A DNA stretch of 55,144 nt from Gemmatimonadales bacterium (lineage in GTDB: Bacteria > Gemmatimonadota > Gemmatimonadetes > Gemmatimonadales > GWC2-71-9). The stretch covers positions 1 through 55,144 of the forward strand of contig DATBBW010000053.1 of NCBI GenBank assembly GCA_036270795.1, read 5' to 3'. The number at the start of each line of letters is the position of its first letter. Position 1 is the first letter of the stretch. Below, in pieces: positions 17,701 through 25,187 of the stretch. Below the pieces are notes generated by a model, which was given only the letters and a program-made list of their open reading frames with translations, was not told the DNA's origin and made no database searches. The position numbers and the translations under genes are program-made.

Positions 17701-17869
17701 CCGGACTCGCGCCGGGGAGACTCGCGCCCACCTGGATGGTGGGGAAGTCGACGTTCGGCAGATTACTGACCGACAGCAGCCGATACGCCATCAGCCCGAA
17801 ACTGAGGATGCCCAGCATGACGAGGCTCGTCATGACGGGCCGTTTGATGAACAGGTCGGAGATGTTCAT
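14759..17869 (-). CDS. RND efflux transporter permease (HAE1/AcrB-like)
   Basis: 1036 aa with N-terminus MNISDLFIKRPVMTSLVMLG and 12-TM RND architecture. The start overlaps the adaptor gene stop by 4 nt. Confidence 0.95.
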   Translation of the reverse strand: MNISDLFIKRPVMTSLVMLGILSFGLMAYRLLSVSNLPNVDFPTIQVGASLPGASPETMASAVATPLEKQFSTIAGVDQMTSSSTLGNTNITLQFTLDRNIDAAAQDVQAAISKTLRLLPSGILPPSYQKVNPADQPIVYYAMSSKTLSLPALDEYAETFIAQRLSTVDGVAQVNVYGAAKYAVRIQLDPKALATRSLGIDDVANGVAAGNVNLPTGTLWGPHRAYTVQANGQLEDAAAFRSLVVAFHDGAPVRLQDVGQVLDDVQDNKSAAWYNGSRSIVLAIQRQPGANTVAVAGRVRVVMESLKQLLPGSVDLQLRFDRSDSIRASLADVQFTLFLTLALVVLVIFLFLRNLSATVIPSLALPFSLVGTFAVMYGLDYSLDNLSMMALTLSVGFVVDDAIVMLENIVRHMEQGTPAMEAAFAGSREVGFTILSMTLSLAAVFIPVLFMGGIIGRLFHEFAVTIGAAILVSGAVSLTLTPMLCSRFLKPAREAHHGRFYAASERVYQRVLGFYEATLAWVMQRRGAALAFSIAILVATGVLFAIVPKGFLPSEDSSQIFGTTETVQGTSFDDLVHHQLQVMAILQQDPSVDGMMSFLGGGQINQGRVFMQLKPRSQRAMSVDELIRYFNVKLAGIPGIQVFLQNPPPIRIGGRLAKSQYQFTLQSPDIQVLYANANQLAAHLGGLPGLVNVTTDMQISSPQATVSINRDRAAALGVTAEQVEQALYNAYGSRQVSTIYTPTNQYWVVMELLPQYQQDLSALNLLYIRSRTGPLVPLASLATLTSTVGPLTVNHAGQLPSVTVSFDLKPGVSIGAAVADVQRVARQTLPSTITPSFSGTAQAFQSSQSGLLFLLVLAVLVIYLVLGILYESFIHPITILSALPFAAFGALLTLLIFRVELSVYAFVGVIMLVGLVKKNGIMMIDFALEAQRTAGKSPTEAILQACSIRFRPIMMTTMAALMGTLPIALGVGTGSESRRPLGIAVVGGLAFSQLITLYVTPVIYLYMDALQQWLGRSRLGRAAAGGQALPQAAPAD

Positions 17870-18981
17870 TTGTCGGCCTCCACCTCGCGCGCGGGCTCGG
17901 TCACGCCCTTGACCTCGACCGGCGCGCCGGACACGAGCCGCACTTGGCCGTCGGTGACGACCTCATCGCCTGGCCGTACGCCCTCGCCGATGACCGCGTA
18001 GGCGCCGGCCGTACGCTCGACCGTCACGGGCTGCGAGCGGGCCGTGCCGTCCTGGTTCAGCACGAAGAGATAGGTCCCCTGCTGGCCGGTCATCACCGCC
18101 TGGGCCGGGACCACGAGCGCCTTGTCCTCGATATAGAGCTGCAACCGTACATTGAGAAACTCCCCGGGCCACAGGGCGTTGTCCTGGTTGGGGAACTCGG
18201 CCTTGAGGAGCACGGTGCCGGTTGTCGTGTCGACGTTGTTGTCGACGAATGTCAACACACCCTCGCTGAACACCGTGTCCGTCTTCGACTGGCTCACGAG
18301 CACGGGGAGCCGGTTCTGGCGGTAGCGCTGGATGTCGGCGAGGTGCAGCTCCGGCACGGCGAAGCGCGTGAGGATCGGGCGGATCTGGTTGATCACCACC
18401 AGCGGGTCGGGCGCGTTCGCCCGCACCAGGTTGCCCTGGCGGACCAACAGTCGTCCGGTGCGCCCGGAGATCGGCGCGCGGATCGCGGCCCACTCAAGCT
18501 CGAGCGCGGCGTTCGCCACGGCGGCCGAATCGGCCCGCACCGTGGCCTGGAGCGCCTCGGCGGTGGAGCGCCGTAGGTCGTAGTCCTGTTTGGTGACGTA
18601 GTCCTGCTTCACGAGCTCGGCGTAGCGTTGCGCTTCGAGCGCGGCGTTCTGCGCCTGCGCTTGGTCGCGCGCCAGCATAGCGCGGGCCTGGTCGAGCGCC
18701 GCTTGGAACGGCCGGGGATCGATCTGGAACAGCAACTGGCCCGCCGCCACCGCGTCGCCCTCGCGGAACGCGACTTGGGTGAGCACGCCCGTCACTTGCG
18801 ATTGCACGGACACCGTTTGCCGTGGCTCCGCCGTACCGGTCGCGACGATTTCGTAGGGCACGGCGCGCTGCTCCGCGCGCGCGACGGTGACGGGCACACG
18901 CGACGGCCCCCCCGCACCTTTGCGCGCGCAGCCTGGGGCGAGGAGCAGGCACACCACTGCGACAGCCGTCGTGGGTCTCAT
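17866..18981 (-). CDS. RND efflux periplasmic adaptor (membrane fusion protein, AcrA-like)
   Basis: 371 aa with a lipoprotein-like N-terminus (LLAPGCA). Shows barrel-sandwich/coiled-coil motifs such as VSVQSQVTGVL and APISGRTG. Confidence 0.9.
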   Translation of the reverse strand: MRPTTAVAVVCLLLAPGCARKGAGGPSRVPVTVARAEQRAVPYEIVATGTAEPRQTVSVQSQVTGVLTQVAFREGDAVAAGQLLFQIDPRPFQAALDQARAMLARDQAQAQNAALEAQRYAELVKQDYVTKQDYDLRRSTAEALQATVRADSAAVANAALELEWAAIRAPISGRTGRLLVRQGNLVRANAPDPLVVINQIRPILTRFAVPELHLADIQRYRQNRLPVLVSQSKTDTVFSEGVLTFVDNNVDTTTGTVLLKAEFPNQDNALWPGEFLNVRLQLYIEDKALVVPAQAVMTGQQGTYLFVLNQDGTARSQPVTVERTAGAYAVIGEGVRPGDEVVTDGQVRLVSGAPVEVKGVTEPAREVEADK

Positions 18982-18982
18982 C

Positions 18983-20449
18983 CTATTTGTTGGTCCCCGT
19001 AGTGTCCGTTTGCAGGTGGAGCGGGCTCCCGCCGTTGAGCCCGAGGATCCCCGCGTCGCGGGCGAGCTGCGCGAGCGCCGTGTTCCAAGCGAATCGCACC
19101 TGGATGGCCTGGGCCCGGGCGCTCGCGAGCGCCGCTTGCGCGGTCAGGAGGTCGAGCAGGCTCCCGGCTCCGGCCTTGTAGCGGCCCAGCGCCACCTGTT
19201 CCGACTCCGTGGCGCTGGCCAAGAGATCCCGGCTCGTGCGGACTTGCTGGGTGGCGGTGCGGAGCGCGTAGTAGGCGGCGAACACCTGGTAAATGACCTG
19301 CTGCTCGAACCCGTTGGCGCGCTCGGCCGCCGCGTCGGCGGCGGCGGACGCCGCCTTGACGTTGTAGACCTGCGCCCCGCCCGAAAACAGCGGTATCGAC
19401 AACGTGAGGGTGGCGGTGTAGCTGTTGCCGGACGTGGGAGCGCTCGGCGGACTGTTGATGAAAAAGGTCTCGCCCGACGTGCCGCCCACCGCCAGCGAGG
19501 GGAGCGCCTGCGAGCGGGCGACGCTCACCCGGGCCCGGGCCTGTTCGACCTGGGCGCGCTGCGCGGCGAGGTCGGGTCGCGCCTGCACCGCCCGCGCAAT
19601 CAAGGTGTCGACCCCCTCCAGAATCCCGAGCGGGAGGGCCGTGTCGGGGACGGCCTCGATGTCGTAGGGGAGGTTCGCCGGCAGGCCCATGGACAGCGCC
19701 AAGGCGCCCCGCGTGGCTTCGAGCTGGCCCTGGTTTGCTTCCAACGCCAGCCGAGCCTGCGACAGCGCCGTCCGTGCCTGCAGCTCATCCGCGATGGTGG
19801 CGAGGCCGACCCGATGCCGCTGCTGCGCCGCCGCGAGGTTGGTCTGCGCCTCGGCGAGGGTCGTTTGTTGAGCGGCGAGCAGCGCCTTCGTGCCGAGGTA
19901 CTGAAAGTAGGCTTGGTCGACCGCCAGGACCACGTTCTGGAGGGTGGCGTTATGGGTCCAATCGGCGGCGAGCAGCGCTTCGCGTGCTCCCGCGACCGAG
20001 CCCGCGCGGCCGCCGAAGTCGAATAGCAGCCACGACCCAGTCAGCGTCGCGGCGGAGAATTGCCGCGTCTGGGTCACGTTCACGTTCGTGGGCACCGTCT
20101 TCAAGGCTTGCAGCGCGCCGCTCGCGGCGATCGTGGGAAAGTACTGGCCCCGTGCCGCGCCGTAGCTCGCCGCCGCTGCTCGGGCGTCGGCCCAGGTGGC
20201 GCGCGTCAGGGTGTTGTTGCGCAGCGCGATGTCGATCACGTCCCCGAGCTTGAGCTGCGCCACGCGCTGGGCCAGGTCGGACGGGATCGCGACGAGCGGG
20301 GCAGGCTGCGGGGCGCTGGGGGACTGGGACGGCGGCGTCCAGAACACGTTGGGCGCGGGCGCCGTCCCGGCCACCCCTCGCACGGCCGGCGTCCCGCAGC
20401 CGAGCGCGACGCCGGCCAGACTCGCCCCGATCGTTGCAGATCGCAACAT
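18983..20449 (-). CDS. TolC-family outer membrane efflux protein (start uncertain)
   Basis: The 525-aa ORF is trimmed to the ATG at 20449 (MLRSATIGASLAGVALGCG, lipoprotein-like signal). Two OEP repeats are present. There is a 1-nt gap to the adaptor gene. The longer start at 20560 would place a TATAAT box inside the gene. Confidence 0.8.
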   Translation of the reverse strand: MLRSATIGASLAGVALGCGTPAVRGVAGTAPAPNVFWTPPSQSPSAPQPAPLVAIPSDLAQRVAQLKLGDVIDIALRNNTLTRATWADARAAAASYGAARGQYFPTIAASGALQALKTVPTNVNVTQTRQFSAATLTGSWLLFDFGGRAGSVAGAREALLAADWTHNATLQNVVLAVDQAYFQYLGTKALLAAQQTTLAEAQTNLAAAQQRHRVGLATIADELQARTALSQARLALEANQGQLEATRGALALSMGLPANLPYDIEAVPDTALPLGILEGVDTLIARAVQARPDLAAQRAQVEQARARVSVARSQALPSLAVGGTSGETFFINSPPSAPTSGNSYTATLTLSIPLFSGGAQVYNVKAASAAADAAAERANGFEQQVIYQVFAAYYALRTATQQVRTSRDLLASATESEQVALGRYKAGAGSLLDLLTAQAALASARAQAIQVRFAWNTALAQLARDAGILGLNGGSPLHLQTDTTGTNK

Positions 20450-20549
20450 GCAGCGCGCGACGCCCCACGGCGGGGCGGGTGGCAGGACGGACGGGACCGG
20501 AGTGAGCATTAGGCTCGGCGCGAAGAGGTTGGGTGGGACAGCGGTCCTC

Positions 20550-20555
20550 ATTATA
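20550..20555 (-). promoter_or_regulatory. Perfect TATAAT hexamer on the minus strand about 95 nt upstream of the proposed tolC-like start; no convincing -35
   Basis: Plus strand reads cATTATAc. It sits in a locally AT-rich patch of the divergent tolC/hslR intergenic region. Confidence 0.3.
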
Positions 20556-20578
20556 CGCATAGGGGGGACTGCCCGTGG

Positions 20579-20995
20579 ATGTTAACGTGGCGGGAGGTGC
20601 GTGCCCAGATGGTCGACGTGGCGCGGGTCCGGCTCGATCGCTGGTTGTGGGCGGCGCGCTTCTTCAAAACGCGGGCGCTCGCGTCGGCCGCGGTTGCCGG
20701 GGGCAAGGTCGCAGTGAACGACGCGCGCGCGAAGCGCGCCAAGCTGCTCGTGGTGGGCGACCGGTTACGGATTCGGCGGGGGCCGTTCGAGTATCGCGTG
20801 ACCGTGCGCGCCCTGTCCGAGCATCGGGGGCCTCCGGGGCAGGCGGCGGGCCTGTACGACGAAGAGCCTGAGGGGAAGCGCCTGCGCGAGCGGCTCGCGG
20901 AACAGTTGCGGGTGGCGCCGTCGCTCCGCTACGAGGGGAAGGGCCGGCCGACCAAGAAGCAGCGACGAGAGATCGAGCGGCTGCGGGGCGAGTAA
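20579..20995 (+). CDS. hslR: Ribosome-associated heat shock protein Hsp15-like (S4 RNA-binding domain)
   Basis: VRLDRWLWAARFFKTRALA...GGKV closely follows the E. coli HslR N-terminus, with a basic C-terminal tail. The start could be the ATG at 20579 or the ATG at 20609. Confidence 0.8.
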   Translation: MLTWREVRAQMVDVARVRLDRWLWAARFFKTRALASAAVAGGKVAVNDARAKRAKLLVVGDRLRIRRGPFEYRVTVRALSEHRGPPGQAAGLYDEEPEGKRLRERLAEQLRVAPSLRYEGKGRPTKKQRREIERLRGE

Positions 20996-21115
20996 GCCGG
21001 GCCCCACGGTGCGAACGTCGGCTCCAGAGTGTGCCGCACGCACCGTGGCGCGGGTCGCTCGCGGCCGCGGCAACAAGGACCGCGCCGCCCACCCGCATCG
21101 GGGGATGCGGGAATC

Positions 21116-21784
21116 TCACGGCACGGCGGCGCCCCGTCGAGCGATCTCGTCGGACGGATACACGTGCACGCCACGCGGCGCCTCGCGCGCCACGCGCACC
21201 ATGGCGCGCGCAACGGTCGCGGCGCGGATCGGGCGGTACGCGCGCAACCGGCCCATCAAGACCCACGAGACGAGTGGGCTCAGCAGCGCTGCTATCCCCT
21301 CTCCGACGCGGGGCGACGCCCGACGCCCGAGCAGCAGCGCCGGCCGGAAGATCTGGATGGCGTCGAACTGCAGGCGGCGGACGCCCTCTTCCACCTCCCC
21401 TTTCACGCGGGAATAGAAGATCCGTGAGTGGGGGTCGGCGCCGAGCGCCGTCACGACGAGGAACTGCCCCGCCCGGTAGCGGACCGCGACGCGGGCGAGC
21501 TCGAGTACGTAGCTGAGGTCCACCTTGCGGAAGGCCTCCCGCGATCCCGCCTGGCGGATCGTGGTGCCGAGGCAGCAGAACACGTCGTGCACTCGGGGGA
21601 AGTCGGTGACTGCGGCCAGATGGTCGAAGTCACACACGCGCTGCACGAGCCTGCGGTGGGCGACGGGCAGCGTGCGGCGGCTCAGGGTGGTCACCCGCTC
21701 GTAGTCCGCGTCCGCGAGCAGCGCCTGCAGCACCTGGCCACCGACCAAGCCCGATGCGCCGGCGACGAGCGCGGTGCGCGTCAC
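21116..21784 (-). CDS. NAD(P)H-binding Rossmann-fold protein (HTATIP2/YraR-like atypical SDR)
   Basis: 222 aa with N-terminal ALVAGASGLVGGQVLQALL glycine motif. Confidence 0.75.
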   Translation of the reverse strand: MTRTALVAGASGLVGGQVLQALLADADYERVTTLSRRTLPVAHRRLVQRVCDFDHLAAVTDFPRVHDVFCCLGTTIRQAGSREAFRKVDLSYVLELARVAVRYRAGQFLVVTALGADPHSRIFYSRVKGEVEEGVRRLQFDAIQIFRPALLLGRRASPRVGEGIAALLSPLVSWVLMGRLRAYRPIRAATVARAMVRVAREAPRGVHVYPSDEIARRGAAVP

Positions 21785-21788
21785 CGCA

Positions 21789-22214
21789 TCACCGCCACAC
21801 CGACAGCACGGCCCCCATGATCAAGAGATAGACGAGTTGATAGCCCGCGTCGATCACCCACGCGGCGATCGGCTTCTCCGAGAACAGGTTGGCCGTGAGG
21901 CCGATGGTGGCGGCGAACCCGAACCACGCCAGGAAGCCGAGCCAGAGCCCCTGCGCGACCGTGGTGGCATTCGTATAGGACGCCAACAGCGCGACGACGT
22001 AGGCCATCACGAGGTAGCACAGCACCGAGACGGCGTAGGCGCGGGTGAGGCCCCCCTTGTTGCGCTTCAGCTCCTCCAGCTTCTCGGGCGTGTAGCCCTG
22101 CGCCTGCATCCACTGTTTCGCGAACAGGACAGGGGAATACCACACCGCCCCGAGGACGAACGTGAGGAGCGCGGCGACGATGACGGCAAGCACGTTGACG
22201 TTGGCGGTCGGCAT
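21789..22214 (-). CDS. DUF1761-like small membrane protein
   Basis: 141 aa with four hydrophobic segments. The N-terminus ...VLAVIVAALLTFVLGAVWYSPVLFAKQW is typical of DUF1761 (from memory). Confidence 0.65.
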   Translation of the reverse strand: MPTANVNVLAVIVAALLTFVLGAVWYSPVLFAKQWMQAQGYTPEKLEELKRNKGGLTRAYAVSVLCYLVMAYVVALLASYTNATTVAQGLWLGFLAWFGFAATIGLTANLFSEKPIAAWVIDAGYQLVYLLIMGAVLSVWR

Positions 22215-22303
22215 GAGGGCTCCTTGTGGGTCTCCGGGTCAGTCCGGCGCTGCGGCCCGGGGCGCGATTCCGCGGCCGCCGTCGACTGGGCGCCCCGGGG
22301 CAG

Positions 22304-24139
22304 TCACTTGAACACTTCCAGCGCTACCTCCACCCGTCCGAAAGGCGCGCTCACCTGGACGCCCTGCACCGCGCCCTTTACCTGCTCGAACATCTGTCGC
22401 GCGATCGCCACCCCCTCGGCGAGCGCCGTTTCTTTGCCCGCTGCCTGCGCTGTGCGCATGCGCGCCAGCACCGACTCCGGTACCGACACCCCGGGCACCT
22501 CGTTGGCGAGGAACTCGGCGTTCCGCAAGCTCAGGAGCGGCCAGATGCCCGCGACGATGGGGATGCGGAATTGTTCCACGCGCCGCAAGAACGTCTCGAG
22601 CTGCGCGGGGTCGAACACCGGTTGGGTGACCGCGAAGTCCGCCCCGGCGTCCACCTTCCACGCGAAGCGCGACAGTTCGCGGTCGAGGTCGACGGCCGCC
22701 GGATTCACGCCCACCCCGATCACGAACGCGGTCGGCTGGCCGATCGGGTTGTTTCCGGGGTCCAGCCCGTGGTTCAGGCAATACACGAGGTTCGTGAGCC
22801 CGATCGAGTCGATGTCGAACACCGCCGTCGCGTCGGGGTAGGGGCCCATCTTCGGCGGGTCGCCCGTGACGATGAGGATGTTGCGCAGTCCGGCCGCTGC
22901 GGCCCCCAGCACGTCTGACAGCATGCCGAGCAGGTTGCGATCGCGGCAGGAGTAATGGGTAACGGTCTCGATCGCTACCTCGCGCTCGATCATGATCGAC
23001 GACAACAGGGCACCCATGCGGCTCTGGGCGCGCGGGCCGTCGGGCACGTTGACGGCGTCCACGCCGGCCGCCTTGAGCGCGCGACACTGCGCGAACATCG
23101 ACGCGGGATCCACGCCGCGCGGCGGGACGATCTCCACGCTCGTGACCAGTTGCCCCGCCGCGAGCTTGGCGCCCCAACAGGACCGTTGGGCGAGCGGCGC
23201 GGCCGCGACGCCCACCGGCGGCGCCACCGTGCCGCGCGAGACGACGGCCGGCTGATGGCGCGGCACGACGCTCGCCACGTAGTCGCGGATCTTCTTGATG
23301 TGCTCCGGCGTCGTCCCGCAGCACCCGCCCACGAAGCGCGCCCCGGCCTCGATCATGCGGCGGGCGTAGCTCGCCATGTACTCCGGGCTCGCGAGGTAGA
23401 TCTTGCGGTCGCCGACGTCCTTGGGCAGGCCGGCATTCGGGACGGCGGAGATCGGGCGGTCGGTGGCCTTGACCAGCTTCTCCACAGCCTCAAGCACGCC
23501 CGCCGGGCCGACGGAGCAGTTCACGCCGATCACGTCCGCCCCCCAGGCGGTGAGCTGCGTCGCGAAAGTCTCGGGCGCCGTGCCGTAGTGCGTCAGACCA
23601 TCCGTGCCGACGGTCATCTGCGCGATGACGGGCAGGTCGGTAAGGCTCTGCACCGCGCGCAGCGCCTCGTGCAGCTCGTCCACGTCTGAGAAGGTCTCGA
23701 GGATGAAGCCGTCCACGCCGCCCGCCAGGAGGCCCGTCGCCTGGCGGCGGAAGTGGGCAAACGCCTCGTCGCGACCGAGCGCGCCGAACGGCTCCAACCG
23801 CACGCCGAGCGGCCCGATCGCTCCCACGACGCTCGTACGCCCGCCGCTCGCCTGGCGCGCCAGCTCTGCGGCAGCCTGGTTGATCTTCTCGGCCTCGTCC
23901 GCGAGCCCGTAGGTCCCGAGCTTCGCGGGGCTGGCGCCGAAGGTGTTGGTCTCGAGGATCTCGGCGCCAGCGCGCACGTACTCCTCGTGCACCTCCCGCA
24001 CCAGCTTCGGGTGCTTCAGGTTGAGCTCGTCATAGCACACGTTGAGGAAGAAGCCCTTGGAGTAGAGCATCGTCCCCATGGCGCCATCCAGCACATGCAC
24101 CCTGCCGTCGTTCAAGAGATCGCGGAGTGTGATCGTCAT
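22304..24139 (-). CDS. yitJ: Bifunctional homocysteine S-methyltransferase / 5,10-methylenetetrahydrofolate reductase (YitJ type)
   Basis: Trimmed to the ATG at 24139 (MTITLRDLLNDGRVHVLDGAMGTML). The N-terminal Hcy-binding domain carries the Zn-ligand context GGCCGTTPEHI. The C-terminal MetF-like TIM barrel follows (..NVPDGPRA.., ..FAVTQPVFD..). Confidence 0.9.
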   Translation of the reverse strand: MTITLRDLLNDGRVHVLDGAMGTMLYSKGFFLNVCYDELNLKHPKLVREVHEEYVRAGAEILETNTFGASPAKLGTYGLADEAEKINQAAAELARQASGGRTSVVGAIGPLGVRLEPFGALGRDEAFAHFRRQATGLLAGGVDGFILETFSDVDELHEALRAVQSLTDLPVIAQMTVGTDGLTHYGTAPETFATQLTAWGADVIGVNCSVGPAGVLEAVEKLVKATDRPISAVPNAGLPKDVGDRKIYLASPEYMASYARRMIEAGARFVGGCCGTTPEHIKKIRDYVASVVPRHQPAVVSRGTVAPPVGVAAAPLAQRSCWGAKLAAGQLVTSVEIVPPRGVDPASMFAQCRALKAAGVDAVNVPDGPRAQSRMGALLSSIMIEREVAIETVTHYSCRDRNLLGMLSDVLGAAAAGLRNILIVTGDPPKMGPYPDATAVFDIDSIGLTNLVYCLNHGLDPGNNPIGQPTAFVIGVGVNPAAVDLDRELSRFAWKVDAGADFAVTQPVFDPAQLETFLRRVEQFRIPIVAGIWPLLSLRNAEFLANEVPGVSVPESVLARMRTAQAAGKETALAEGVAIARQMFEQVKGAVQGVQVSAPFGRVEVALEVFK

Positions 24140-24157
24140 CCCGGGTCCCGTCAGCCG

Positions 24158-24210
24158 TAAAAAGCAACGCCCGTCTGGCCGAGCAGTCGCCAAACGGGGC
24201 TGGCTTTTTA
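24158..24210 (-). promoter_or_regulatory. Extended imperfect hairpin in the yitJ leader; the 9-bp GC-rich core stem is followed by GUUGCUUUUUA (attenuator/terminator-like), and the hairpin ends 18 nt before the start codon
   Basis: Minus-strand RNA: UAAAAAGC-CAGC-CCCGUUUGG-(CGACUGCUCGG)-CCAGACGGG-CGUU-GCUUUUUA. Hand alignment gives 18 of 21 positions paired. Confidence 0.45.
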
Positions 24211-24357
24211 GCGACTTGTTTAACGTGGCTGCAATAGGCCGCAACTCACCACGACCAGCAATTGTGCCTGCCAATTTACATCCGCTGCCGCGGCGCTGAA
24301 AGGTGGGGGCGCGCCTCCCACAGGCCGCCCCGCGCCACTCAGCGCGCTGAGGTCGGC

Positions 24358-24762
24358 GTGCATCGCGGGGTTTCCCGGTCGGCGACTTTCGCGGCGGGCC
24401 TCACGCTGCTCCTCTCCCGCGGTGCGGCCCCGCTGCTGCGCCAGCGACTGCTCGGCGCGGCCTGGGCCGTGCCACTCCACCTCGCCACCGCTGCCGCCGT
24501 CCTCACGGCGCTGGCGGCGCTCTGGTACCGGCGCTGGCGCCTCGCCCGCATCGCTGCGGTCGCGCAGGTGTCGCTCATCCTCTGGGGGTGGGCCCTCGGA
24601 CAGTATCCCTACCTCCTGCCGTCCGACCTGACGATGGCTGGCGCGGCCGCCCCGGCCGCCACGCTGCGTCTCGTGGCCGGGGCGCTGGGACTCGGGGCGG
24701 CGGTGCTGCTCCCGTCGCTCGGCTACCTGTTCCGGGTCGTTAAGCGCGACGCGCGGGCGTAG
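24358..24762 (+). CDS. Small membrane protein resembling only the C-terminal part of cytochrome bd subunit II (CydB); start uncertain, possibly a gene remnant
   Basis: GC3-rich ORF with 3-4 hydrophobic helices. GQYPYLLPSDLTMAGAAAPAATL...LLPSLGYLFRVV resembles the CydB C-terminal pattern (YP.L.P..LT...AA....TL). The maximal ORF is only 166 aa, and no cydA is in the window. Confidence 0.4.
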   Translation: MHRGVSRSATFAAGLTLLLSRGAAPLLRQRLLGAAWAVPLHLATAAAVLTALAALWYRRWRLARIAAVAQVSLILWGWALGQYPYLLPSDLTMAGAAAPAATLRLVAGALGLGAAVLLPSLGYLFRVVKRDARA

Positions 24763-24915
24763 TCATCCGTCGAACACCCGGCCCGCCACCCACGACGCCG
24801 CGAGCGCGCCCGCCACGAACCCGAGCAGCCCGCCCCACACGCCGAGCACCTTAGACGCCAAGGCCCCGACCACGGTCCCCACAATGAAGCTGACGAGCAC
24901 CTTGAGCAGTTTCAC
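24763..24915 (-). CDS. Tiny (50 aa) glycine-zipper-like hydrophobic protein, translationally coupled to yggU
   Basis: The GTG at 24915 overlaps the yggU stop as GTGA. Sequence: VKLLKVLVSFIVGTVVGALASKVLGVWGGLLGFVAGALAASWVAGRVFDG. It is the in-frame tail of the spurious 308-aa ORF 24763..25689. Confidence 0.4.
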   Translation of the reverse strand: MKLLKVLVSFIVGTVVGALASKVLGVWGGLLGFVAGALAASWVAGRVFDG

Positions 24916-25187
24916 GCGACGCTCCCACCCTCGAGCAAGGCACGCACGGCGGCTTCCGTTGCGAGCCCCGCGATTTCGATCGTCTTGCGTCGACCGCCCG
25001 CTCCCGCGACGATCGCCACGGCGGCCCGCGGCACTCCGAGGCGCGCCGCGAGGAACCGCACCAGTTCCGCGTTGGCCGCGCCGTCCACGGGCGGGGCGGC
25101 GATCCGGATCCTGATCGCGTCGCCATGCTGTCCCGCAACCGCCGTCGACTGCGCGCGCGGCGCCACCTGGACGACCAGGGTGGCCAC
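24912..25187 (-). CDS. yggU: DUF167/YggU family protein
   Basis: 91 aa. The pattern ..VAPRAQSTAV..IRIRIAAPPVDGAANAELVRFLA..LGV..AAV.IV.G..GR.K.. is the YggU/UPF0235 signature. It lies directly after yggT. Confidence 0.8.
   Translation of the reverse strand: MATLVVQVAPRAQSTAVAGQHGDAIRIRIAAPPVDGAANAELVRFLAARLGVPRAAVAIVAGAGGRRKTIEIAGLATEAAVRALLEGGSVA

Noticed and set aside
21004-21048. 10-bp inverted repeat CCACGGTGCG ... CGCACCGTGG between the convergent hslR-like and NAD(P)-binding genes, as a bidirectional terminator.
   Set aside because: The loop is long (25 nt) and there is no U-tract on either strand. It may still be a weak terminator, but the evidence is too thin to annotate.
24140-24340. 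SAM-I (S-box) or SAM-IV riboswitch in the yitJ-like leader.
   Set aside because: I could not find the conserved core elements of these classes (for example GAGGGA, GGCCC...GCAACC, AGAUGAG-type closing helix) on the minus strand. Only a smaller pseudoknot-type fold seems possible.
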